Positions 17,780 through 27,165 of a stretch of DNA of 64,000 nt are shown here, piece after piece (the stretch's first letter is position 1; every line of letters begins with the position of its first letter). The notes beneath the pieces are model-generated. The model saw only the letters and a program-made list of their open reading frames with translations. It searched no databases and had not been told where the DNA came from. Where the stretch lies: positions 6,015 through 70,014 of the forward strand of contig CAYWJT010000003.1 of the NCBI GenBank assembly GCA_964458655.1, in the 5' to 3' direction. Both the position numbers and the translations under genes were made by a program. The stretch comes from an uncultured Eubacteriales bacterium. Its GTDB lineage: Bacteria > Acidobacteriota > Aminicenantia > Aminicenantales > Saccharicenantaceae.

Positions 17780-18823
17780 TCAGTCCTCGAACAGCTTCTT
17801 CTGCGAGGCCGCCCGTTTCTTGCCCGGCTCGGCCGGGTAGTCGTAGCCGAGATGTTCATAGGCCCGGCGCGTGACCAACCGGCCGCGGAAGGTCCTCTCC
17901 AGGAAGCCGATGCGCATGAGGAAAGGCTCGTAGACCGACTCGATGGTGTCCTTCTCCTCCTCGACCGCGGCCGAGATGGTGTTGATGCCGACCGGCCCGC
18001 CGTTGAAGTTCTCGATGATGGTCACGAGGAGCTTGCGGTCGACGTCGTCCAGGCCGATGGAGTCGACCTCCATCAGGTTCAGGGCCTTGCGGGCCGCCGG
18101 ACCGGTGATGACGCCGTCGCCCTTGACCTCGACGTAGTCGCGCACCCTTCTCAGCAGGCGGTTGGCCACCCTCGGCGTGCCCCGGGAACGTCCGGCGATC
18201 TCCGCCGCCCCGTCGTCCCGTATCTTCGCCTTCATGATGGCGGCCGAGCGCAGGATGACCTGCTTTATCTCCTCGTCCTTGTAGTAGTCGAGCCTGTGGA
18301 TGATGCCGAAGCGGCTGCGCAGCGGCGGCGTGATGCGGCCGGCCCGGGTCGTGGCCCCGACCAGCGTGAATTTCTTGATCTTCAGCTTGTGGCTGCGGGC
18401 GCCCGGCCCCTGTCCGATGACGACGTCCAGGCTGTAGTCCTCCATGGCGCCGTAGAGGATCTCCTCGACCGAGGGCTGGAGCCGGTGAATCTCGTCGATG
18501 AACAGTATTTCCTTGGACTGCAGGCCGGTCAGGATGGCCGAAAGGTCGCCGGCGCGCTCGATGACCGGGCCGGAGGTGGGCTTGATGCTCACGCCGAGCT
18601 CGCCGGCCAGGATGTAGGCCAGGCTGGTCTTGCCCAGCCCCGGCGGCCCGTAGAGCAGGACATGGTCCAGGTTCTCGTTCCGCTTACGGGCGGCCTCGAT
18701 GAAGATCTTCAGGTTGGTCTTGACGTTTTCCTGGCCGATGAACTCGTCGAAGCTCTTCGGCCGCAGGCTGTCCTCGAAGACGAGGTCCTCGCGCGTCCGG
18801 ACCGGGCTGAGGATGGCGGGCAT
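17780..18823 (-). CDS. ruvB: Holliday junction branch-migration ATPase RuvB
   Basis: AAA+ Walker [23 protein letters not shown]; RuvB-specific C-terminal winged helix. Confidence 0.95.
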   Translation of the reverse strand: MPAILSPVRTREDLVFEDSLRPKSFDEFIGQENVKTNLKIFIEAARKRNENLDHVLLYGPPGLGKTSLAYILAGELGVSIKPTSGPVIERAGDLSAILTGLQSKEILFIDEIHRLQPSVEEILYGAMEDYSLDVVIGQGPGARSHKLKIKKFTLVGATTRAGRITPPLRSRFGIIHRLDYYKDEEIKQVILRSAAIMKAKIRDDGAAEIAGRSRGTPRVANRLLRRVRDYVEVKGDGVITGPAARKALNLMEVDSIGLDDVDRKLLVTIIENFNGGPVGINTISAAVEEEKDTIESVYEPFLMRIGFLERTFRGRLVTRRAYEHLGYDYPAEPGKKRAASQKKLFED

Positions 18824-18838
18824 GGGCTGGTCGCCTCC

Positions 18839-19426
18839 TTACACCTTGGCCAGCCGGCGCAGGCAGTCGCGCAGGTCCTTCTCGAAGTCGCCGGCCTTGC
18901 GGTTGGCGCCGAGGACGGCGTCCACGGTCTTCTCGACCTCCTTGCGCCGGAAGCCCATGTTCTGCAGGGCCGAGATGAGGTCCTCGCGCTCTGGCGAGCT
19001 GCGGGCCGAGAGGAGCTTCTCGCGGCTTTCGAGTTTGTCCTGGAGCTCCATGGCCACGCGCAGGGCCGTTTTCTTGCCGATGCCCGGTATGAGCGAAATG
19101 CGGGCCACGTCGCTCCTGCGGACGGCCTCCTCCAGCTCGTCGGGGTTTATGCCGGACAGGATGTTCATGGCCAGCTTGGGACCGATGCCCGAGATCTGGA
19201 TGAGCTTCAGGAACATGTCCTTTTCCTCTCGGCTCGAGAAACCGAAGAGGGTGATGGAGTCGTCGGCGAGATGGGTGTGGATGTGCAGCTCGGCCGGCCG
19301 GCCGGCCTCGCCCAGCTTGAGGTAGGTCGAGATGGGGATGAGGGCGCAGTATCCGACGCCGTTGGCCTCGATGACGGCCCGGCCCGGCTCCTTGGACACG
19401 AGGGTGCCTTTGAGATAGGCGATCAT
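18839..19426 (-). CDS. ruvA: Holliday junction DNA helicase subunit RuvA
   Basis: MIAYLKGTL...; HhH motifs GIGPKLA / GIGKKTA; 195 aa. Confidence 0.9.
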   Translation of the reverse strand: MIAYLKGTLVSKEPGRAVIEANGVGYCALIPISTYLKLGEAGRPAELHIHTHLADDSITLFGFSSREEKDMFLKLIQISGIGPKLAMNILSGINPDELEEAVRRSDVARISLIPGIGKKTALRVAMELQDKLESREKLLSARSSPEREDLISALQNMGFRRKEVEKTVDAVLGANRKAGDFEKDLRDCLRRLAKV

Positions 19427-19926
19427 GGGGCGTCGCTCCTGCCGGCGAGTTCCAGGTAGGCCCGGCGGTTGGCGTGGCAGATGGCGGCCGCCAGGGCGTC
19501 GGAAGCGTCGAGCGGCATGGGTTCGTCCGCGAGGTCTAGGATGGTCTTGACCATGGTCTGGATCTGTTCCTTGTCGGCCTGCCCGTAGCCGGTGACGGCC
19601 TTCTTGATCTCAAGGGCCGAGTACTCGAAGAAGCGGCATCCGGAAGCGGCCAAGGCGCAGAGCACCGCGCCCCGCACCTGGCCCAGCGTGATGGCGGTCT
19701 TGATGTTCTTGGCGTAGAAGGGGTTCTCGATGGCGGCCTCGGCCGGCTTGAACCGTCTGATTATTTTTCCCAGCTCGGTCTCGATCTCGCGCAGGCGCTG
19801 CTCCAGGCCGCGGCGGGGGAGGGGTCTGATGACGCCGAAGGCGACCGGCCTGGTCGCGGCGGCCGTCCGGTCCACGATGCCGAACCCGGTTGACCTGAGG
19901 CTTGGATCGATTCCGAGCACCCGCAT
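19423..19926 (-). CDS. ruvC: Crossover junction endodeoxyribonuclease RuvC
   Basis: MRVLGIDPSLRSTGFGIV start; catalytic acidic residues; ORF-track N-terminal extension (to 20016) judged non-coding. Confidence 0.9.
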   Translation of the reverse strand: MRVLGIDPSLRSTGFGIVDRTAAATRPVAFGVIRPLPRRGLEQRLREIETELGKIIRRFKPAEAAIENPFYAKNIKTAITLGQVRGAVLCALAASGCRFFEYSALEIKKAVTGYGQADKEQIQTMVKTILDLADEPMPLDASDALAAAICHANRRAYLELAGRSDAP

Positions 19927-19942
19927 CTGCTGGCCGCGGCCT

Positions 19943-20701
19943 TTACCCGGCTTGCTGGGAGAACTGGGCGATCTCTTCCTCGGAGATGTCGAAGTTCGAT
20001 GCGACGCTCTGGACATCGTCGTGGTCCTCGAGCTCCTCGAGCAGTCGGAGCACCTGCTGAGCCTCCCGGCCCTCGACCTTGACGTAGCTCTGGGGAAGGA
20101 AGCCGACGTTGGAAGCCGTGATCTCGATGTTGTTGCTCTTGAGGGCCTCGACCACGGCGTCGAAGGTCTCGGGCGTCGTCACGATCTCGAAGTTCGAGCC
20201 GTCGTCGCGCAGGTCCTCGGCGCCGCTCGAAAGGGCGACCTCCATCAGGACGTCCTCCGAGACCTTGCCCTTCTCGACGTCGATGTAACCCTTGCGGCTG
20301 AACATCCAGGCCACGCAGCCGGATTCGCCCATCCGGCCGCCGTTCTTGGAGAAGATGTGCCGGAGTTCCGAGACGGTCCGGTTCTTGTTGTCGGTCAGCA
20401 CCTGGACCAGGATGGCCACGCCGCCGGGGCCGTAGCCCTCGTAGGAGACCTCCTCGTACTGCGAGCCCTCGAGCTGGCCTGTGCCCTTCATGATGGCCCG
20501 CTTGATGTTGTCGGCGGGCATGTTGGCGGCCCGGGCGTCGTTGATGGCCTTGCGCAGCCGGGCGTTCTTTTCCGGGTCCCCGCCGCCGGCCCGGGCGGCG
20601 ACGCTTATCTCGCGGATGAGCTTGGTGAAGATCTTGCCGCGCTTGGCGTCGGCGGCGGCCTTTTTATGCTTTATCGAGTGCCACTTGGAATGTCCGGACA
20701 T
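19943..20701 (-). CDS. yebC: YebC/PmpR-family transcriptional regulator
   Basis: [32 protein letters not shown] canonical N-terminus; RBS GAAGGAGAGG. Confidence 0.9.
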   Translation of the reverse strand: MSGHSKWHSIKHKKAAADAKRGKIFTKLIREISVAARAGGGDPEKNARLRKAINDARAANMPADNIKRAIMKGTGQLEGSQYEEVSYEGYGPGGVAILVQVLTDNKNRTVSELRHIFSKNGGRMGESGCVAWMFSRKGYIDVEKGKVSEDVLMEVALSSGAEDLRDDGSNFEIVTTPETFDAVVEALKSNNIEITASNVGFLPQSYVKVEGREAQQVLRLLEELEDHDDVQSVASNFDISEEEIAQFSQQAG

Positions 20702-20773
20702 GGTCCTCTCCTTCGGGCGGCCACGGCGGGCCGGCCCCTAAGGCCTTCTATTAATTATTATTGCGCACTCCGG

Positions 20774-20802
20774 ATTTTAGCACAAAGAGGCTCTGCCTGC
20801 AA
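20774..20802 (-). promoter_or_regulatory. Sigma70-like promoter for yebC-ruvCAB-queA operon (TTGCAG-N17-TAAAAT with TGn extended -10)
   Basis: On minus strand: cTTGCAGgcagagcctctttgtgcTAAAATccgg; plus-strand coordinates of -10 20774-20779, -35 20797-20802. Confidence 0.4.
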
Positions 20803-20821
20803 ACGGTCTTCAGGCGTTTAT

Positions 20822-20842
20822 ATCCTATTTAATCGATAGGAT
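20822..20842. promoter_or_regulatory. Perfect palindrome ATCCTAT-N7-ATAGGAT between divergent promoters (candidate regulator site)
   Basis: tATCCTATttaatcgATAGGATtt read directly; abuts -35 of plus-strand promoter. Confidence 0.35.
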
Positions 20843-20871
20843 TTGTAAAGAATAAAACCTTGTGTTATAAT
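20843..20871 (+). promoter_or_regulatory. Sigma70 promoter TTGTAA-N17-TATAAT with extended -10 (TGt)
   Basis: ttgtaaagaataaaaccttgtgTTATAAT; consensus -10; drives DUF2892 gene (ATG 20903, RBS AGGTGGG). Confidence 0.45.
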
Positions 20872-20902
20872 CGTCTGGAAACCGGACACAGGTGGGAATG
20901 AA

Positions 20903-21121
20903 ATGATGCATAACATGGGAGGCCTTGACCGCATTATCCGGCTCCTCGTGGCCGCTTTCTTCGCGGTGCTTCTGATCGCGGGCGTCGTCCACGGCGTGCT
21001 GGCCGTGATCCTGGCCGTCGTCGCGGTCATCTTCGTCATAACATCGATAGTGGGCTACTGCCCGCTCTACGGCCCGCTCCACGTTTCGACTGTCTGCAAG
21101 GAGAAACCCAAGCAGGAGTAG
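20903..21121 (+). CDS. DUF2892 (YgaP-like) small inner-membrane protein
   Basis: 72 aa, two TM helices, GYCPLYGPL motif typical of DUF2892. Confidence 0.6.
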   Translation: MMHNMGGLDRIIRLLVAAFFAVLLIAGVVHGVLAVILAVVAVIFVITSIVGYCPLYGPLHVSTVCKEKPKQE

Positions 21122-21455
21122 GCGACAGGGCGGTCGCCTGAGCGTCCCCACGCGTCGGCAGGCATCGCACCGGGGGACGGGCGGCGCGTTGGATGAGGAG
21201 TCCGACAAGAAGCATGCCTTTCGCTTCCCCGCCGGCTCTCACGCCCCGCATGGAAAAGGGAGCGGCCGGCGGCTGACTGGAGAAAAGGAGAAGGTCATCA
21301 GAGGTTTTGTTCTGCGGCCCGGCCCCGGCTCCGGAACTAAAGGAGTAACGGGAAGCGAACCCTCCTACCCGTACGTAGACCGAGCCCGACATTCTCGGAC
21401 AGGGCACGCATGGTCCCGGTCCGTGTGAGGATTGGTAAAGATAGGGAAAGAGCCG

Positions 21456-23921
21456 ATGAAAGCAAGCGATAGAAGCTCGCCCAGGACCGTCAGGCTGGAT
21501 TTTCCGGTCACCGGGATGAGCTGCGCCGGTTGCGCTTTCAACATCAGGCTGGCCCTTCTCCGGCTCGAGGGCGTTTCCAGCGCCGACGTCAACTTCGCGG
21601 CCTCGACGGCCACCGTCGTTTTCGACCCCGGGCGGGTCGGGACGCGCGACCTGGTCCAAGCTGTAAGCGGGGCCGGTTACGGCGTCCCGCTCGTCTCCCT
21701 GGGTTTTAAGGTGTCGGGCATGACCGGCGCCGACCCGGTCGCGAAGGTCGAGTCGGCCTTAATGGCGGTCCCAGGCGTCATCCAAGCGGCCGCCGACCCC
21801 GGCTCGGGCGCCGTGTCGGTGGAGTGTATCGAGGGCGCGGTTTCGTCGCGGGAGCTCGTCGCGGTCCTCAAGGCGGCCGGTTTCGTGGCCGGGCCCATGT
21901 CCGGAGCCGAAGCCGTGGAAGAAGAGGAGCCGGGGGAAAAGCTCCGCAGGCGCCATTTCCGGGGCCTCAAGCTGAGCGTCATTGCGGGCGGCGCGCTGGC
22001 CGTCCTGATCCTGGCCGGCAGCATGCGCGAGCTCCTGCCATGGGTGCCGGCCTTGCTCGGGAACCGCTTCGTGCTCTGGGCGCTGGCGACGCCGGTCCAG
22101 TTCATCCTGGGTTGGCGCTTCTACCGCGGCGCCTGGAACGCCGTCCGGCACCGGACGGCCGACATGAACATGCTGGTCGCTGTCGGCACTTCGGCCGCCT
22201 ACTTCTACAGCGCGGCCGCCGCCTTGATTCCCGGGGCGTTCCGTTCGGCGGGACTCGAACCGGCGGTCTATTTCGACACCTCGGCCGTCATCATCACGCT
22301 GGTCCTGTTCGGCCGGTTGCTCGAAAGCCGGGCGAAGGGCCGGACGTCGGAAGCGCTGCGGAAGCTCATCAACCTCAGGCCGAAAACGGCGCGCCGTCTC
22401 GAAGACGGACGCGAGGTCGAAGTCCCGACCGTCGAGCTTCAGGCCGGGGACGTCATGGTCGTCCGGCCGGGCGAGATGGTCCCGGTGGACGGCATCATCC
22501 TGGAGGGCCGTTCCTCCCTCGACCAGTCCATGCTCACGGGCGAGAGCATTCCAGTCGATAAGGGACCGGGCGACGAGGTCATAGGCGCCACCATCAACAA
22601 ATGGGGCGTCTTCAGGTTCCGCGCGACGCGCGTCGGCCGTGACACCGCGCTGGCGCGGATAACCCAGCTCGTTCGCGAGGCCCAGGCCGCCCGGGCGCCG
22701 GTCCAGCGGCTGGCCGACAAGCTCGCGGCCTATTTCGTGCCTGTGGTCATGTCGGTCGCCGTGGTCACGTTCGTCGTCTGGTTCGACTTCGGGCCCCGAC
22801 CGGCGCTGACCCGGGCCCTGCTCAGCTTCGTGGCCGTGCTCATCATATCCTGCCCCTGCGCCCTGGGGCTGGCGACGCCGACAGCGGTCATGGTCGGGAC
22901 GGGCAGGGGCGCCGAGCGCGGCATCCTCATCCGCAGCGCCGAGGCCCTGGAGAACGCCCACCGGCTGGACACGGTCGTCTTCGACAAGACAGGGACGCTG
23001 ACCGTCGGCAAGCCCGCGGTGACCGACGTCTTCGCGGCGCCGGGCTCAAGCGAGAGTGAAGCGCTTCTGCTGGCGGCTTCGGCCGAGGCCGGTTCGGAGC
23101 ATCCGCTCGGCCGGGCGATAGTTGAGAGGGCCGTCGCAGCGGGCCTGGAGCTGATGTCGGTCCGGGACTTCCGGGCCGAGGAAGGGCTCGGCGTCGAATG
23201 CGAGATTGACGGGAAGAAGGTCCTGGTCGGAAGCCGCAAGCTCCTGCTGGAAAAGGGCATCGACCCGGCCGCTCTGGACGGCGCGGCGGAGGCGGCCGCG
23301 GCCCAGGGCAAGACCGCCGTCCTGGTCGCTGCGGGTGGAAAGGCGGTCGGCCTCCTGGCCCTGGCCGACGTGCTTAAGCCGTCGGCGCGCCCGGCTGTCG
23401 ACCGGCTCAAAGCCATGGGCCTCGAGGTCGTCATGCTCACCGGCGATGAAAGAAAGGCCGCCGAAAACCTGGCGCGCCAGGCGGGAATAGACAAGGTCAT
23501 CGCGGAAGTGCTCCCAGGCGACAAGTCCGCCGCGGTAAAGCGGCTTCAGGAACAGGGCAAAAGGACGGCCATGGTGGGCGACGGCGTCAACGACGCTCCC
23601 GCCCTGGTCCAGGCCGATATCGGCATTGCGGTCGGGACGGGCGCCGACGTGGCCGTAGAGTCGGCCGACATTACGCTCATCGCCGAGGACCTGACCGCCG
23701 TGGCCTCGGCCGTCGAGCTCAGCCGCCGGACGATGCGCACCATCAAGCAGAACCTTTTCTGGGCCTTCGCCTACAACGTGATCGGCATCCCGGTCGCGGC
23801 CGGCGTCCTCTATCCATTCTTCGGCATCCTGCTCAACCCGATGCTGGCCTCGGCGGCCATGGCCTTCAGTTCGGTGTCCGTGGTTTCGAACTCGTTGCGG
23901 CTGAGAAGGGTGAAGATCTGA
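21456..23921 (+). CDS. copA: Copper-translocating P1B-type ATPase (CopA/CcoI-like)
   Basis: N-terminal [12 protein letters not shown] (CxxC), second HMA-like domain lacking Cys, CPC ion motif ([11 protein letters not shown]), [19 protein letters not shown]; ATG at 21456 with GGGAAAGAG RBS. Confidence 0.9.
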   Translation: MKASDRSSPRTVRLDFPVTGMSCAGCAFNIRLALLRLEGVSSADVNFAASTATVVFDPGRVGTRDLVQAVSGAGYGVPLVSLGFKVSGMTGADPVAKVESALMAVPGVIQAAADPGSGAVSVECIEGAVSSRELVAVLKAAGFVAGPMSGAEAVEEEEPGEKLRRRHFRGLKLSVIAGGALAVLILAGSMRELLPWVPALLGNRFVLWALATPVQFILGWRFYRGAWNAVRHRTADMNMLVAVGTSAAYFYSAAAALIPGAFRSAGLEPAVYFDTSAVIITLVLFGRLLESRAKGRTSEALRKLINLRPKTARRLEDGREVEVPTVELQAGDVMVVRPGEMVPVDGIILEGRSSLDQSMLTGESIPVDKGPGDEVIGATINKWGVFRFRATRVGRDTALARITQLVREAQAARAPVQRLADKLAAYFVPVVMSVAVVTFVVWFDFGPRPALTRALLSFVAVLIISCPCALGLATPTAVMVGTGRGAERGILIRSAEALENAHRLDTVVFDKTGTLTVGKPAVTDVFAAPGSSESEALLLAASAEAGSEHPLGRAIVERAVAAGLELMSVRDFRAEEGLGVECEIDGKKVLVGSRKLLLEKGIDPAALDGAAEAAAAQGKTAVLVAAGGKAVGLLALADVLKPSARPAVDRLKAMGLEVVMLTGDERKAAENLARQAGIDKVIAEVLPGDKSAAVKRLQEQGKRTAMVGDGVNDAPALVQADIGIAVGTGADVAVESADITLIAEDLTAVASAVELSRRTMRTIKQNLFWAFAYNVIGIPVAAGVLYPFFGILLNPMLASAAMAFSSVSVVSNSLRLRRVKI

Positions 23922-23958
23922 TGGGCGGCGCGTCGAAGGCATCAATGAGAGGCGGGCT

Positions 23959-24057
23959 GTGACCGCGAAGATCATCGTGACCGCGGTCGGCCTGGGTCTC
24001 GTAGTCCTGATCAATTGGTATTTCCTGGTCTCGGGCCGACAGAGGCGCAAGCGCTGA
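23959..24057 (+). CDS. Putative 32-aa single-TM peptide, CcoS/FixS-like (cbb3 oxidase maturation) candidate; not in ORF track
   Basis: GTG start 38 nt after copA stop, RBS-like GAGAGGCGGG; MTAKIIVTAVGLGLVVLINWYFLVSGRQRRKR: hydrophobic helix + basic tail; position downstream of P1B-ATPase mirrors fixI-fixS. Confidence 0.35.
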   Translation: MTAKIIVTAVGLGLVVLINWYFLVSGRQRRKR

Positions 24058-24209
24058 GGGCCTGGGACGGGGAAGTCGGACCTGAAAGTTCCCTGTATGA
24101 GTAAGGCCACGGCGGAGTCTGCGGTCAAGCGTTTTCCCGCCGTAAAGCGCGGCGAAACGCCGGAACGGTTTTTCGGCTGAGGCTCAAGATTGACGGCTCT
24201 CCTGTCGGC

Positions 24210-25073
24210 TCAGAAAGCGAACCTGAGGAAAAGGCCCAGCCTCAAGTAAGAAGGGCTGACCCGGAGCGTGCCCAGGTTCACGGCCGCCTCGACCTCCTCG
24301 AGAGGCTCGGTTATCTCCTCGCTCGGCTTGAGCTTCAGGGGGCAGTCGAACTGCGGCGAGTGGAACCAACGCAGGTCCAGGGCCAGAATAACGGCCTGCT
24401 TGACCCGGAATGCCAGCTCGCTCCCCAGGTTCAGGCCGTAGCGCGAGCGGGGCCCGAACTGGAAGGACATCCTGTAGGTCTTTTCGGCGAGCGAGTAGGC
24501 CGCGCCGTCGTAGGTCAGGGTGAAGCTCGTGAAGCCGAGCGGCAGGGCCTTTCCCTCGAGGTAGAAGTAACTCAGGCCGCCGGAGAAGCTGAGCAGGACC
24601 GCGCGCGAAAGTCCGAGCCGTGCCAGCCCGTTCAGGCTGAAGGTCGTCTGGGTCAGGTCGCCCGATGTGTCGGGCCAGGCGGCGTCGGTCTTGTCGTAGG
24701 TCACAGGGACGGTCGTGACGTAATTCAGGACGACGTGATAGGGCGAGTTGACCCCACGGAAACCGGGCTTGTGGTAGTCGGCCAATAACTGGACGCCGAA
24801 GTGCTCGCCGAACAGCAAGTTAAAGCAGCCGTCGGAGCCGATGGTCGGCCGGCCCCTCAAGGCCAGGGTCTGGTCGGCTGAGCTGGAGACGTAATAAGAG
24901 GCCGGAGTGAGGGGTGGGGGGTAGGCGCTCGAGTAGGTCGATTCCAAGAACGGGCGGACGAAGCTCCAGCCGAAGCCGAGTTCGAACCTGGTCGCGGCCT
25001 GGAGCGGCAGCGCACCGGGTGCGACGGCAACGAAGGCCGCAAGGACTAGGCCTCTGGCCGTAAGCTGTTTCAT
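24210..25073 (-). CDS. Outer-membrane beta-barrel protein (hypothetical)
   Basis: Signal peptide MKQLTARGLVLAAFVAVAPGALPLQAA; alternating amphipathic strands; C-terminal ...LGLFLRFAF (terminal Phe) typical of OMP; TTGACA-N17-TAGTTT promoter upstream on minus strand. Confidence 0.55.
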   Translation of the reverse strand: MKQLTARGLVLAAFVAVAPGALPLQAATRFELGFGWSFVRPFLESTYSSAYPPPLTPASYYVSSSADQTLALRGRPTIGSDGCFNLLFGEHFGVQLLADYHKPGFRGVNSPYHVVLNYVTTVPVTYDKTDAAWPDTSGDLTQTTFSLNGLARLGLSRAVLLSFSGGLSYFYLEGKALPLGFTSFTLTYDGAAYSLAEKTYRMSFQFGPRSRYGLNLGSELAFRVKQAVILALDLRWFHSPQFDCPLKLKPSEEITEPLEEVEAAVNLGTLRVSPSYLRLGLFLRFAF

Positions 25074-25187
25074 GGCTTTTTCAGCCCTTAAACTATGCGA
25101 TGAGCGGGGATTTGTCAAACCCTCACCCTCATTCCCAGGCCGGTTCCAAGGCGCTGAAGGAGGTAAAAAAACCGCGCGCCGGACCTC

Positions 25188-25208
25188 AAAAAAAGGCCGC
25201 TTGCGGCG
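25188..25208 (-). terminator. Terminator-like hairpin on minus strand (GCCG-caag-CGGC followed by U7)
   Basis: Plus strand caaaaaaaggccgcttgcggc; on minus strand stem-tetraloop then TTTTTTT; sits upstream of OMP promoter, role unclear (insulator/attenuator?). Confidence 0.25.
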
Positions 25209-25277
25209 ACTAATACCATGGGGTAAGAGCCATATTCGGAATCAATGGGCTTTATTTTTTTAGCGCGGGAGAGTGCC

Positions 25278-25919
25278 GTGAGAAAAACATCGCAGATATT
25301 GGGCTTCGCAGGCCTTTTTTTCTGGCTTTTTGCGGCCATAAAGCCGGCGGGGGCTCAGAACGTCAGCTTGGGGCTGGCGGCAGGCGGAGGCAGGGTGCAG
25401 AGCTTTTATATTTCAATCGGCGCCTTTTTCCATGTCCCTGAAGCCGGGGTGGCGGCGGTAAAGGAAAGGTACGGCCTGACGGACGAGGAACTGCCGGTCG
25501 TCTTCTTCCTGGCCGCCCGGGCCGGGGTCGAACCGTCCGCCGTCGTCGAGCTGAGGCTCAGGAAGATGTCCTGGTGGGACATAGGCTTGCGCTTCGGGCT
25601 GAACCCGGAGATCTTTTTTGTGCCCGTGACGGCGGCGCGCGTCAAGCCGCCCTACGGCAGGGCTTACGGCTATTACAAGAGATTGCGGGGCCAGAAACAC
25701 TGGGGGACGGTCGTCCTTTACGACGAGGACGTAGTCAACCTGGTCAACCTGAGGTTCATGTCGGGGCACTACGGCATCCCGGCGGAGCGGGTCATGGAGA
25801 TGCGCGGCCGCGGCTCAAGCTTCCTCGACATCCACGAGAAAGCGCTCAAGGAAAAAACGGCCAGGGCCGCGAAAGAAGATAAGGGCGGATCCGGGAGAAC
25901 GAGAGGCCGCGTCAAGTAA
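25278..25919 (+). CDS. Hypothetical secreted protein
   Basis: GTG start with GGGAGAG RBS gives signal peptide VRKTSQILGFAGLFFWLFAAIKPAGAQN; upstream ATG (25245) lacks RBS. Confidence 0.5.
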   Translation: MRKTSQILGFAGLFFWLFAAIKPAGAQNVSLGLAAGGGRVQSFYISIGAFFHVPEAGVAAVKERYGLTDEELPVVFFLAARAGVEPSAVVELRLRKMSWWDIGLRFGLNPEIFFVPVTAARVKPPYGRAYGYYKRLRGQKHWGTVVLYDEDVVNLVNLRFMSGHYGIPAERVMEMRGRGSSFLDIHEKALKEKTARAAKEDKGGSGRTRGRVK

Positions 25920-25939
25920 GGAAGTCCGCGGCCGGCTTT

Positions 25940-26968
25940 TCAGCCGAAGAACACCTTGGCCACGTTGTAGAACTCGGCGTCCACGGTCTTGGGCTCCTTG
26001 AGGGCTTCCGCGAGAGGCAGCGACACGATCTTGTTGCCGCTCAGCCCGACCATGTAGCCGAACTTGCCTTCCTTGACCAGGTCGATGGCCGCGACGCCCA
26101 GCCTGGTGGCCAGGATGCGGTCGAAAGCCGTCGGGGTCCCGCCCCGCTGGATGTAGCCGAGGACCGTGACGCGCGTCTCGATGCCGGTGTGCCTTTCGAT
26201 TTCCCTGGCGATGATGCTGCCGATCCCGCCCAGGCGGACATGCCCGAAATCGTCAGTCTGCTCCGACTGCTTGATGAGCGTGCCGTCCTTGGGCAGGGCG
26301 CCCTCGGCCACCACGACGATGCTGAACAGCTTGCCGCGCTCCCGGCGCTTGAGGATCTGGGCGCAGACGTCGGAAATATCGAAGGGGAACTCGGGGATGA
26401 GGATGATGTCCGCGCCGCCCGCGATACCGCCTTCGAGGGCTATCCAGCCGGCATGGCGGCCCATGACCTCGACGACCATGACGCGGTGGTGGGCCTCGGC
26501 GGTGGAATGAAGCCGGTCGAGCGCTTCCGTGACTATGGAGATGGCGGTGTCGAAGCCGAAGGTGTAGTCGGTGCCGGCCAGGTCGTTGTCGATGGTCTTG
26601 GGCACGCCGACGCAGCGCAGGCCGCGGTCGTAGAGCTTCAAGGCCACGCCCAGGGTGTCCTCACCTCCGACGGCGATGACGGCGTCCAGCTCGAACTTCT
26701 CGACCTGGGCGAAGATCTTGCCCACCCCGTCCTCGACCTTGAAAGGGTTGGTCCGCGAAGTGCCGAGGATGGTGCCCCCGCGCGGCAGTATCCCGGAGAT
26801 CGACTCGAGGTCGAGGGGTATGATCTTGCCTTCGATGAGGCCTAGCCAGCCGTTCTTGATGCCCAGGATGTCGAAATTGTGGCTGGTGATGCCCTTGCGG
26901 GTGACGGCCCTGATGACGGCGTTGAGGCCCGGGCAGTCGCCGCCGCCTGTGAGGATGCCTACTCTCAT
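25940..26968 (-). CDS. pfp: 6-phosphofructokinase, predicted pyrophosphate-dependent (PPi-PFK) from signature residues
   Basis: MRVGILTGGGDCPGLNAVIRAV; GGEDTLG (Asp at E. coli Gly104 position) and VPKTIDND (Lys at Gly124 position) = PPi-specificity signatures. Confidence 0.85.
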   Translation of the reverse strand: MRVGILTGGGDCPGLNAVIRAVTRKGITSHNFDILGIKNGWLGLIEGKIIPLDLESISGILPRGGTILGTSRTNPFKVEDGVGKIFAQVEKFELDAVIAVGGEDTLGVALKLYDRGLRCVGVPKTIDNDLAGTDYTFGFDTAISIVTEALDRLHSTAEAHHRVMVVEVMGRHAGWIALEGGIAGGADIILIPEFPFDISDVCAQILKRRERGKLFSIVVVAEGALPKDGTLIKQSEQTDDFGHVRLGGIGSIIAREIERHTGIETRVTVLGYIQRGGTPTAFDRILATRLGVAAIDLVKEGKFGYMVGLSGNKIVSLPLAEALKEPKTVDAEFYNVAKVFFG

Positions 26969-26991
26969 GACACGCTCCTAAAAACCCGCAA

Positions 26992-27020
26992 GATTATACT
27001 ATCGGCCCGGCGGCAATTCA
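26992..27020 (-). promoter_or_regulatory. Sigma70 promoter for pfk (TTGAAT-N17-TATAAT)
   Basis: Minus strand: cTTGAATtgccgccgggccgatagTATAATcttg...tAGGAGcgtgtcATG. Confidence 0.45.
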
Positions 27021-27165
27021 AGGAAACCCGGGAAAAAACTGCGGCTCCGCGTCCATATCCGCCTTGACCGGACAGCCGATTTCCCATAACCTATCCCCGG
27101 CGGGAAACGGGGGACGGGCACGGGAGGTGCCTGTACCCAAAAGCCTATCAACGAGGAGAGTGGAC

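Noticed and set aside
17690-20839. 589-aa and 369-aa plus-strand ORFs antisense to ruvB/ruvA and yebC
   Set aside because: Antisense artefacts. The Ruv/YebC frames are unambiguous.
21122-21455. 79-aa ORF (21189-21428) and a search for a CueR/CsoR/CopY operator in the long copA leader
   Set aside because: The ORF is Gly/Arg/Ser-rich with no RBS. The only palindrome is the trivial CGTACG. No MerR-type 19-bp-spacer promoter was seen.
21759-23524. 400-aa and 264-aa minus-strand ORFs inside copA
   Set aside because: Antisense, Arg/Pro/Ala-rich. copA motifs are in the plus frame.
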